This document shows, piece by piece, positions 1-10,960 of a stretch of DNA of 64,000 bases. The stretch comes from Lama guanicoe (lineage: Eukaryota). Below the pieces are notes generated by a model. It was given only the letters and a program-made list of their open reading frames with translations, made no database searches and was not told where the DNA came from. Position 1 is the stretch's first letter; every line of letters begins with the position of its first letter. Location of the stretch: positions 5,589,366 to 5,653,365 of the forward strand of contig MU056050.1 in assembly GCA_013239625.1 (NCBI GenBank), given 5' to 3'. A program made the translations under genes and the position numbers.

Positions 1-690
1 AGACAAGATTAAAATGATAAGTAAAGAACATAGAAATCCAACCCAACTAATTATGGAGGTTACTGATAAAGACATCAGAAACAGTAATCAAAGACATGAA
101 TGAAGAAAATTTTTCTGTGTTTTTTAAAAAAAAGGCAATGAAAAGAGGCCTGAACTTAGACATAACCTACCCAAAACGAATTTGCATTAGGAGAATGAAA
201 AAAAAAATCCTGCAAGTATGCACAGAATAAAATATACTGGTTATCTATAAAGCTAAAAAATTTAAGCTAGCTTTAAACATCTCAGGCATCACACACTATA
301 CTTCAAAAGGCAACGAATGAAGCAAAATCAACAGGATCATGAGGGGAAATATTGTGAACTAAGAATTATATACTAAGCATAATTGTCTTTTTTTTAAATT
401 GTCTTTCACCTATAGAGGAACAGAGTCTCTCAGGTAGTCAAAGACTCAGACACTACAAAGGCTCAATTGTACTATCATATATAAACCTTATAATAAACAC
501 TTGGACTATATATAAACAATGGATGAATATTTATGACTCAAAAACAGGGAAGTAATAATATAAAAAGAACAATGCCTTGACTACCGTAGTCAAAGACTCA
601 GGACCTAACATTAACAATAGCAACACACGAAATTATGGTAGAACATGGTACTAACTGGAAAAAGACCTGTGTGGGAATCCAAACTACATC
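1..690 (+). mobile_element. Ancient, highly decayed L1/HAL1-like ORF1-region fragment
   Basis: A-rich sequence with motifs resembling the old L1 ORF1 3' half (e.g. aagaattatatactaagcataattgtcttt); no open frame. Confidence 0.4.
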
Positions 691-846
691 ACTGTTTCTT
701 GATTGCAGAGGTCAGTAATCTGGCTCAAACTATATTTGCATTCATATCCATATTTATATTTATATTAAATAAGCTTAACCTAGTTTGAGCTGGATTTCTG
801 TCCCTGTAATTTGTGTAAGTCTTTGTTTCTTCTTTTATAAAATAAA

Positions 847-920
847 CAACCTAAATGTCCAGTGACAGATGACTGGAAAAAGAAGTTGTGGTGTGTATGT
901 ATGTATGTGTATGTATACAT

Positions 921-957
<37 letters not shown>

Positions 958-1447
958 ATAGAATACTACTCAGCCGTAAAAAAAAAAACAAAAAAAACAA
1001 AACCATTTGCAGCAACACGGATGGACCTGGAGATTGTCATACTAGTGAAATAAGCCAGAAAGAGAAAGAAAACTACCATATATCACGTGTATGTGGTATC
1101 TTAAAAAATGACACAAATGAACTTCTTTACAAAATAAAGACAGACTCACAGATACAGAAAACAAACGTATGGTTACCAGGTGGGGAAGAGGGTGGGAAGG
1201 GATAAACTGGGAGTTTGAGATTTGCAGATACCAATTATTATATATAAAATAGATAAACAACAAATTTCTACAGTATAGCACAAGGAACTATATTCAATAT
1301 CTTATAGTAACCTATAATGAAAAAGAACATGAAAAGGAATATATGTATGTATATGTATGACTGAAACATTATGCTGTATACCAGAAATTGAGGAAACGTT
1401 GTAAACTCACTATACTTCAATTACAGAAGGAAACAAAATTTTTTTAA
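847..1447 (+). mobile_element. 5'-truncated young L1 3' end (ORF2 C-terminus + 3'UTR) inserted into a MIR relic
   Basis: caacctaaatgtcc...gatgactgg; ORF track shows EYYSAVKK..PFAATRMDLEIVIL; ends tgtaaactcactatacttcaat; candidate TSD ataaaataaa at 837-846 and 1448-1457; the flanks rejoin into MIR-like tttcttc..ataaaata..gataa..tcataggttt..gtgagg. Confidence 0.9.
926..952. repeat. (CA)n microsatellite inside the L1 tail
   Basis: Direct reading. Confidence 0.95.
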
Positions 1448-2284
1448 ATAAAATAAAGATAACAGCCATGACAATATCTGTATCATAGGTTTACAGTGAG
1501 GAAAACAAAAAATTTAAGCATATAAGCAAAATGCAGTTTTAAGAAAGCACCATAATTCAGCCAGAATGCTTGATTGCAAATTCTCTAGCAAAACCTAGAG
1601 GGGAAAAATAACATGGTTTGTACTGTATCCTTTTGAAAGGGTATTATTCATGTCATTTGGTCCCTTCCTTATCCACAATTATTAGTTAAAACAACATGCC
1701 ACATAAGATGGCATAGTCCTGGCTATGCCTCTTAAATAACTCCTAGATTTCTCCAAATGTTTAATGTACCTCATTATTCTACAGAAATACCGACCTTCTG
1801 CCTGATTTACAAGATCCTCCAAATATCAAAACACTTTGTATATCCACTGTTATTTCTGACTACCCATACTAAATCTCCATCCTAGCCTTTGTTCCTTATA
1901 CATAGATCATGCTCTATCTGGATGAGAATATATATTAAATGCAATTCTCTTGATCTAGACCATCTAATTCATTCTCTACTCCTAAGCTATATTCTATTCC
2001 CATATAAATTCCACCTTTGCTATGACAAATTTCCCAATTTTCTACATTTTTAGAAAATCAGAAAATTTGAATATTTTAAATTGATCATTTGAATAATGCA
2101 ATCATAGTTTCAGCATAGTCATACACAAATTGTCATAGTCCTAATACAAATAGAGCAGAGTCATAATACAAATTGATTGTATTACATTTTTTCCCCTACA
2201 CCATTCATTGTATTGTGTGTATTTGTATCACATTCCCAAATAAACTGTAATTTCTTGGGGAAGAAAAACATGTTCTTCATGAAA

Positions 2285-2530
2285 AACTGTTAATGATGTA
2301 GGAAAATGCTTATTATTTGGTGTTGAATGAAAAAAGCAGTATAAAAATTGTATATACAGTGTGATCTCTACTACATGAAAAATAGAAGTAAGAAAGGAAG
2401 CAAATATGCTAAAGTAATGACAACGTTTCCCTCTGGGTGGTGGAATTATAGGTGACTGCTGCGTTCTGCCTTAAACTTGCCGATTTTAATTTTTTCATAT
2501 GGATGCATACTTTTATGCTCAGGAAAAAAT
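2285..2530 (+). mobile_element. Old L1ME-type 3'UTR fragment
   Basis: gaaaatgctta..tgttgaatgaaaaaagcag..tatatacagtgtgatc..ctctgggtggtggaattataggtga, typical of L1ME 3' ends. Confidence 0.7.
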
Positions 2531-2729
2531 GCTTAATGTTACACACATTTTAATTATTCATCCAAATTTTACTCATGGTGAAGATCTGTTCAAGCAGACG
2601 CTTTAGTGTTTCCTCTAACAGTTGCATCATAAACATGTTTGAATGGCTGCCTGGTTTTCTCTCAAATCACATTTCTACTGAGAATCACATGTTTCCTATG
2701 CATATATTCAAACCTCAAATTAGCCATCT

Positions 2730-3540
2730 ATATTGGTTAGGGTGCTTGTGATTTATGGTGAGAAATAAACCTGAATAAAAAGGTATCTTAACAACATAGC
2801 CTATTGATTGGTTCAGTGAACAGAAATATCCAACATATGGCTGACTTTAGACAGAGTTTGATCAAGAAATTCAAGACATCATCCGGGTTTGAGCTCTGTG
2901 GTCACACAAGTCTCTCTTTCTGTCTTCCTCCTCCCTCAAGCTCGGTTCTCAAGCTAGCTCTCCTTATGGTGCCAAAAATGGCTGCAAGAATTCTAAACCA
3001 TGCATTCTCAAAGAGTATTCAGACCAGTGGAGAAGAGAAAAATCTTTGACCCAGGTGATATTCTCAGCAAAACTACTGAGGTTCATTATGATTAAATTGG
3101 ATCACATTATGTGCCTACCCATGACCCACTTTTTAAGTGAATGCCGTATACTGATTTGTTTAGGCCAATCTGGACCCACTGGAAGCTAGATGTAGAATGA
3201 ATCCCATGTAAATCACATGGCTGAGGACAAGGGAGAACTGAGGAGAAGGTAAATTCTAAAGGAAATCCGGAGTACAGTTGACCCTTGAACAACGTGGGAG
3301 TTAGGGGCACATACCCTCGGCACAAAGTTCCATGCTCAACTTACAGCTGGCCATCCATATATGCAGCTCCTCTGTGTTGGAGTTTCTGTATCTAACCATG
3401 GTGCAGTACTACAGTATTTACCATTGGAAAAAATCCACATGTAAGCAGAAGTCCAAAGTTCAAACCCTTGTTGTTCAAGGGTCAACTGTACTGTTATACA
3501 AAAGAGGAGAGACTCAATACTGGAGAGCAAAACCAAGGCC
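2730..3540 (-). mobile_element. Old MaLR (MLT1-like) solo LTR, interrupted by a Tigger2 MITE
   Basis: Motifs ccaaaaatggctgcaag, gattaaattggatcacattatgtgcctacccatgaccc and ctgatttgtttaggccaatc resemble an antisense MLT1K/L-type LTR. Confidence 0.55.
3275..3488. mobile_element. Tigger2-family (TcMar) MITE, 214 bp
   Basis: Perfect 19-bp TIRs cagttgacccttgaacaac / gttgttcaagggtcaactg; TA target duplication at 3273-3274 and 3489-3490. Confidence 0.92.
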
Positions 3541-3752
3541 ATTTTTTAAGCATTCAGTACTTTTTACCTCTCTCTTGAAGAACACTTTACTTGTTGGAGC
3601 ACTGGCTGAAACAATTTCAGGAGAGAAATCCTCTTAGTTCCACATAGAATATAGAGGGTGAATTATTCATATCATATATTGAAGTATCATAGGTTCTGAT
3701 GCTTTATTCTTTACCAATAAAACCTATTGTCCAACTCAGAATTCCCACTTAC

Positions 3753-3782
3753 TTCCTTTTTTCCATGTATCTCCAGCAATAG
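3753..3782 (-). other. Candidate 30-nt microexon (host gene unknown)
   Basis: Minus strand reads cattttttccag|CTATTGCTGGAGATACATGGAAAAAAGGAA|gtaagtggg; length is a multiple of 3 and all three frames are open; unique, non-repeat context. Confidence 0.35.
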
Positions 3783-6522
3783 CTGGAAAAAATGTGTTTT
3801 TTTCACATAAAACAATGTTTTTTTTATGAAATCTAATTGGCACTGATGACTATGCCATTCATTACTTAAGGATTCTCTCACGTATACTTGCCTTGCAGTA
3901 CGTGTACGTGATTTAAATTTTGCATTAGTAAGATTTTGAAAATCACTACAAGTAATGATTTGTTGGATGACCCATGAAGAATATCCCAAACTGTGAACGT
4001 TTTAATCATCTACTGTATGTTAGATTAAATCACAGCAAATCACCAATATTTGAGTATTTTTGACTTACAACAAAGGTAATTTCATACGGCTCAGAATAAA
4101 ACACACACATACACATGTGCACCCTGGTAATTAGGAGTATAGTTACACATTTTGGAAAACTATAAAGGCCATTTTGATCATCTGATTACTTCATATTTTA
4201 TGCTATGACTGATGTGAAAGGCAAGAAAAAAACACGTTTAAGGCTCTACAGAGGAAATGATACAGTGCAATCCTTTTCATAAAAAAGCACCCGATAAGCA
4301 AACTTTACTGTTTTTCTACTTGGTCTTATCGTCCCCTAAATTCAAATCCGCCAAAGCACTTCTTGTGGTTTCTTTTCAGTACACTCACTGAGTGACCCTA
4401 AATGACCTCTGCTAACACCCTCAATTTCCTTCCTTGTCAAAGCAGATAGGGAGTCAGCAGCTGGTGACTGGGTGACTTTATGACCCCAACAACAGAATGA
4501 CAAATCTAGTTTTCTGAGAACGGGTAAGCTGACAGAAACGAATCATTCACATCTGTGCACTAGAAACAAACAGAGAAACTACCAACACATCCCCCCAAAC
4601 TGTTCAGCTACTAATGATCTAAACAGAATCTGACCTGAAATGGAAAGACATATCCCACCAAGTAACTTTTTACATATTTTGTCTGAAAAAAAAAATTCTA
4701 CAGCAGAAATCTTTACTGACTCCTTAGCTGGTTTTGTTTTGCAGTGATCCAATTTCTCCCAGCCCTTCTTTTCCCTTAGAATTGAGGCTGACTAATTAAT
4801 GGTAAATGGGGACAAAAGAATGTACTTGGAAAATCGTTTGACAAGTACAGGAATCGAATGATACAGATAAAACCTAGTGTTTTCCTTGCTTTTTCAACAT
4901 CTCAAACAACCACAAATTTTAGTAAGTGGCCTTCCTCCCACAGCAGTCCAAAAGAACAAGACCTTCTCCCATTGTTACCATGATGAAGCCTCTGCTTAGA
5001 GTAGCTGTGATCCCAGAGGAGTGTGACAGTGAGGATGGACACCAAAAATGTCATCTTGGGAAACTTCACTGATCACATGATGCCTTCTAGCACTGAAGAA
5101 ATAGGCAATGGAGAATTTGGCATCCTATTCAGAGTTCACAGATGACTAGCTAGGCTGGTCTCCTTTTCCTCACCGAAAATATTTCAGAACCCTGTTTTAG
5201 TTCCTCATCCTCTCTGCCATTACCCAAATCACCCACATAGCATAGTTAGCAGCCCAGACATTATCTAGAGAGATGAAAGTCCACACCACAAATGCAACAC
5301 GGATTCAATTTAAGTGATATTTGAACGAAGGCAGAGCTGTGGCTGATATTCTGAAGTAAACAACATGAAATATTCACAGGGAGAGGGTAAAGAGCTGATT
5401 ACCATTCTCTTTTGCTTTCTTGGGGTAGAACCACTGAAAATCTATGACTAGAATTATGTTTAATTAAAATTAAGGCATCTTTGAAAATTACTTCCTCTGG
5501 AGACTAGACACTTTAAGAAACTGATTACTGTCTAAATTAGATTTTTTTTTACAACTCCAGGTGTTATAGACAGTTTACAAAGTTGATTGATGCAAAGAAG
5601 ACCATTATGTATGATTTTCAACATGTGTAAGGCATGGGCAAAGATGTAAACATATGAAGGAAATTTGACAGGAAGGATTTTATTCTACTTTATCAAAACA
5701 AACAGGAAAACTTCTGACTCAGAAAATAGTAAATATCACAATTGTCACGGAAGAATAAAGCTAGATCACAGTATCTCTCTCCCTAAATGAACAAATGAAT
5801 GAACAGAAGAAATTGTAAAGCAGCACCTATATGGATAAAATAATAATAATTTCTATAATAAAAACAATTTCTGTTATATACTTTGAAAAGTAGTAGCCAA
5901 AGAGGTAAAAAAACATTACTGTGTGGTTCTGTGGCGCTCCTATAAACTCCATTTTGTGGAAAGGTAGCAGATCAACAAGATCCAGAGTATTCTGATGAAT
6001 AAATTCCAAATCTGGACAAAAGTAGATTGACAAATCCGAAAGAACAGTTGCAAAATATTCCAGAGTAGGAGTTCATACATACCATAATCAAAAATTCACC
6101 ACAGGCAAGAAAACCTGACATTTTTCAGGGTTCTAAAACAAATTGTAGGATTGAGCCAAAGTTCAAGCATATTCTGATAAAAAATACAATATATTCTCCA
6201 AGTTGGTGGACTGAGTCCAGAGATAGGATCTCTTACTCAATCTTTGAAGAAACAGCAGAATCCAGGCCATCCACAGAAAGGTCTATCCATGAGCAATGGA
6301 GCTCTTCCCTTCTACCCAAAATATACTTGGGAGATAAAGAAAAACAAGATCCAAACACAGTAGGAAGAAAATAAAAGAAATTTCATCTACCTTACATAAG
6401 ACTAAGTGAAGGATCTGGACAGAGATTACACGTGTTAAGCATGACCAATAAGCACCATGAAAAGGAACTGCATGGCAGCTAGGAAACCTGCTAAAAATAA
6501 TACACAGAAGGAATATAGCAAG

Positions 6523-7027
6523 TGTAGCACAGAGTGTTAGTGCTCCACTGAGATCACGCCAAGTCCTTTCTTACACATTTTTTGGTGTCCTTTGCTTTGA
6601 TGTAACTTTGTTTCTAACAACCACCATCTAAGGCTTTTTCTCAGGGGTCTGCCCTTTGAGCTACTGGGGTCCAATTTGCCTCTAGTCCAGCAGACATGGA
6701 AGCACCCCAGAATGTATTGATCTCTCTCCCTCTATCCCAATCAGTTTGGGCTTAGCCAATGGCTGATGGGGGAAAAGAGTATGAAAGTTCTTCTTGAGTT
6801 GGTTTCAGGGAACTGAGCTATAATGTACATTCTAGAACCTAACTGGATCAATAGGCTGAATACACTCTCTACAAGGTTTTGCCTAAGACACATCTTTGTG
6901 AAGTTTCTAACCTTCACACTCTTCATTCCCCTGGGATTTCCCCAGGCAGTACTTCCTGCTTTAGTGAATTACAAACCCAGGAATCCTCCCTCTCATGGGC
7001 TGCTGCTGAAGAATCCAATTTAAGACA
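6523..7027 (+). mobile_element. ERVL LTR16-like solo LTR
   Basis: Starts tgtagc; contains agccaatggctgatggg..aactgagctataatgtacattct; ends ctgctgctgaagaatccaatttaagaca, an LTR16/33-type terminus. Confidence 0.75.
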
Positions 7028-7029
7028 TG

Positions 7030-8060
7030 AAATTAGGATTGAATAGTTCAACGTGGAAAAAAAAAGATATATTCCAATGAAAGGAAGAACATTCCCTGTG
7101 TGTACTTCATGCTATGGAAGAGTTTAGTAACAATACGATTTCAGTAAAATAAGGTCTCAGACAAAAAAAATAAAACACCACATTGAGATGACAAGTGAGA
7201 TTACTGTGATAATACCGCTAACTGAGGATCAAAGCAATACCATTACAGATCTAATGAACATTAATAGTCACAAAACAGACTAGTTATGGGTTAAAATCTA
7301 ATTACTGAGAAAGAGAAAGTACCCGAAATGATTACAGAGAATGCAGGGAAGAAGATAAATAATAAAGCAATTAGAGATCAGATTTTGGGTGAGTTTGTAT
7401 GTGCGTGCATTAGGCAAAGACAATCCACTAAGAGATCCTAATAAATATATGTGTATATATATATATATATTTACATATATACACATATATATATGTGTAT
7501 ATATACACATATATTTATAAATATATACATATATACACATATATTTATAAATTTACCAGAAAATTTCTCAGAAGAAAGAATTGACTCTGCAGAATATAGA
7601 ACATCTTGTTTCACAAAAAAATTGATATTCAAAATTGACATGGAGACTCAAATCAAAGCATACTCTGGTCGAGTCACTGATTTTACACATTAATAAAAAA
7701 ATATTAATGCATTTAAGTTTTATGCAGACTATGTGTAAGAGGAAAGATTTGGTGCATACCAGAATTCTCCAATGCCAGAAGACAGTAAGACAATATCTAC
7801 CAAGTTCTATGTGAAGTCAAGGGTCATCCAGATAGATGATACCTAGTCAAGTTGCCCTGCAGAATAAAAGCCACAGAATGTCTTCTGCAAGCAAGAACAC
7901 AGAGACTAAAGCAACTATTAGCTTTTTCTTGACAAACTTACCCGAGGAAAAACTCTGGTTAAAGATAAATCAGATAAACTGTCCCAAGAATGTAGACATT
8001 GTGGTAAAAGGGCTACTAATGTAAATTAAATAAAGTAAAACATAGAACTACGACAAAACC
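7030..8060 (+). mobile_element. Ancient L1/HAL1-like ORF1-region remnant (probably continues 5' of the LTR from ~5.7 kb)
   Basis: A-rich; motifs gaaaatttctcagaa, aatgccagaagacagt..gacaatatctac and gatacctagtcaagttg resemble L1 ORF1. Confidence 0.5.
7446..7551. repeat. (TA)/(CATA)-rich low-complexity repeat
   Basis: Direct reading; accounts for ORFs 7298-7540 and 7451-7693. Confidence 0.9.
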
Positions 8061-9023
8061 ACTAAGGGAATTATACTGTTAAGCTTTTAAGGATATTTGA
8101 TTTTAGAAAACTTGGTTGAATCATATAGGCACATTAATCAAGGCAACAAACTTGTCTGGGAGCAGGATATGGACAGAATCCCATTCATAATGACTGATGT
8201 TGAAAATTTAATCACAATAACATTACGGTGTTTCCATGCTTATGTAACCAGTAGAGAATCATTTTGCTAGTACTGATTCCTTCAATTCACTGAATGCCAT
8301 AGGTGATCTTATCGTCTAGTACAGGGAATGGACAAGATTTTCCCCCCCAAAACTATACATAATCTTTGTTACCCTGGCCTTTATTTTCAACTGATCATGT
8401 AGACGTTCAATAAATATTGGTTTATTCTTCCACCACCACCTCCTCCCCACTTTGTCAAAAAAATAATTTTAATAGTTATTTTGCGACCAAAATGTCAATA
8501 GGCTCTTTTCTGTATATCATCTCCTTTCATATATGCAATAATCCTACAATTTACAGATAAAACAGAGATTCAGAGACGTAAAGTGAGGAAGAGCCAAGAA
8601 TCTCGATTTAAATCTAATTCTTTCCATTATGAAACATTCTGCCCTCTTTGAAGCTCCTGGTGTTAAGCTCTGAATGCAAAGGACCTATTGCAAGTGCTTT
8701 CCTACCCTATCAATTCGCCTCCTATCAATTCGCCAGTGCCCCAACAATTAAACTCCATGAATTCAGAATTTCAACTACATGTTAAGTGACCTTGTGCTTT
8801 GCCCAAGTGTATTAGAGATGCCAATGGAGCCGTGCCAAGGTATAGAAAAGGGGGAGTACAATGAGATGGCCACAGAAATTTCAGTGTTATTATAGCAAGT
8901 CAACTATGCACCTTTGCCCTCTCCTTCTCACTCCAACCTAAGGTTCTATGATGGTAAAATTAACAAGATAGGTAGAAATTTAGGAAGTCAGCTCCTATGT
9001 GTGTGCTTGTGGAGTTTAATAAT

Positions 9024-9071
<48 letters not shown>

Positions 9072-9123
9072 GGGGGAGGGAGAGAGAGGGAGGGAGGGAG
9101 GGAGAGGGAGGGAGAGGGAGAGA
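9024..9123. repeat. Compound microsatellite (TG)n(AG)n(GGGA)n
   Basis: Direct reading. Confidence 0.95.
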
Positions 9124-10669
9124 TGCATTTGTTTTCCAGGCAGAGAATGATTTAACGTATTTTTCCATCTGGCTGTATTTTTCATTCAAGATTTCCCTTA
9201 ATCACCAGGTAGGAGCTGTTCTGATTAAATGGGCTATTCTTGTCAATTATATGTCACAAATACCAAACCCCAGATTGCTCAGGATTGCTGCTAGTGTGAC
9301 CATGACACCTATCATAAAGGCAGCAGCAATCCTGTTTTTCCTCCCCCGGAAAGTACGGAATTGAGACAAGACGACACAGAAAAGAAATGCAGACCCACTT
9401 AAGCGGCAGCCAGAGAAGAGAAAAAGTCATTCTGCTCTAATTAACTCTTCCTCACCCCATCAGGACTGAGAATAGTATTTTCTCAGCCCTTCTCTGTAAC
9501 TGAGGCGTGAGAAGGTGACACAAGCCTATTCACCTCCTCTGGAGAAGAAAGAGCCAGGATTAGAACATTACAGCCCAATATCGCAACCTAGGAAACAGGC
9601 CAGAGCCTGCAGCTAAGAGCCCAGAGGAGACTGGTGTTTGAAATTTAATCTAGAGTCAGGAACATTTCCTGCCATATTGTCTCCATCCTCCAATTTGTCA
9701 CAAGCATGGCGTAAGTCAGCAGAAAATACCCCAACCTCACTGCTGCCTGCAAAGTGTCATGGCAGACTGAGTGAGCATGTGTATAGCGCTCAATTCTGGG
9801 GAACACCACTGGAAGATTTATTTGTTGTAAAATATCCCTTTTCCCACTCCCGAGAGCCTGGAGGACTGCAATTAACACCCTCCAAAGAAACATTTACCAG
9901 CCCTTCAAGTCAACTGCAAGTCCCCCAGGTTAAGACATTCTGTGACCTAAGATGGGTGACATTCCATTGAACTAAACTAGCTAAAGAAACTAAATTGTCT
10001 CTCATGTGGCAGAGAGAACCCCAAAGGACTCTTTGGTCCATGACAGAATTAGCCTAAGACAATGTCCAAAATATGGCACCCTGTCTAGGCCTAGAGGGAC
10101 ACCACAAGGCGATCCCTGGAGTTCAGGCATTAGTATGAGAGCCCTGGGCTAGTACCAGCGGGATGAAGGGGGAAAAGGCAAAACCCTGCCAGTAACTAGG
10201 AGGACACTGACAAGAAAGGTATCTTTTTGCCTGTCTGTGATGAGAGGTAAAGTAAGTTACATAAGAAACTGAAAGATATAGAAATTGTTGGTACATGTTA
10301 AACGTGGAGAAGACAAAGAAACCAGAAGGTACTTGGAAAACACAGCTTTAGTCTGATTTAACCTACAGAGAGTATGTTAAATGAATATGCTCCCCTGGGT
10401 TCCAGGCTTCTGGAGTCATTGTGAGTCCCTGTAAAGAGGCACAACTTAGAACTGAATCCCATATGAATATCTTTAAACTGAAAGGGTTCCAAAAGTATTC
10501 TTGGGATGGTATTAAGATTTAGAGGCTATGATGAGCACTACTATGTTGATATAAATGAGACTTTAGCTCAGTTGTGAAGGACAGGATATGTATTTACAAT
10601 TGTTAAACTACTCAGGTTAGTCTGTGAGAAATGACCAGCAATGAGAAAGGTATCTGAAGACTAAGTATG

Positions 10670-10960
10670 GGTAAATGGCTTGATTTTCAAAAGCAGAAAA
10701 ATGTTGGATTCTGGAACAAAAATCCAGAGAGATACATTTTGATTTCCAGAAAATTCAAGAATGGGTTAATAAGCAGATGACTCTGAGGCATTTATGAAAG
10801 CAGCAAATGTGGGGTCTCTAAAAATTCATGTTCAGTTCTTTTTACTGTAGTGTTACTTAGCTGGCAGATTTGCTGAATGCTACAATTAGAGTTCATGGAG
10901 ATTTCAGAAAAGAATGTAGTAACTCTGGCAACCACACAGAACGAGGCTGACTGGATTCAG
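10670..10960 (+). mobile_element. L3/CR1 LINE RT-region relic
   Basis: gattttcaaaa..tggattctggaac..gatttccagaaaattcaagaatgggttaataagcagatg resembles the CR1 GNYRPVSLT..KILE.II region, followed by a decayed D-F-S-K-like gatttcagaaaag. Confidence 0.5.

Noticed and set aside
4980..5072. Possible C/D box snoRNA (ATGATGA ... CTGA)
   Set aside because: No terminal stem, no clear C'/D' boxes and no recognisable rRNA/snRNA guide
8988..9364. ORFs with CVCV/ERER/HTHT runs
   Set aside because: Translations of microsatellites; the same applies to 862-1205, 7298-7693, 31896-32096 and 45068-45355
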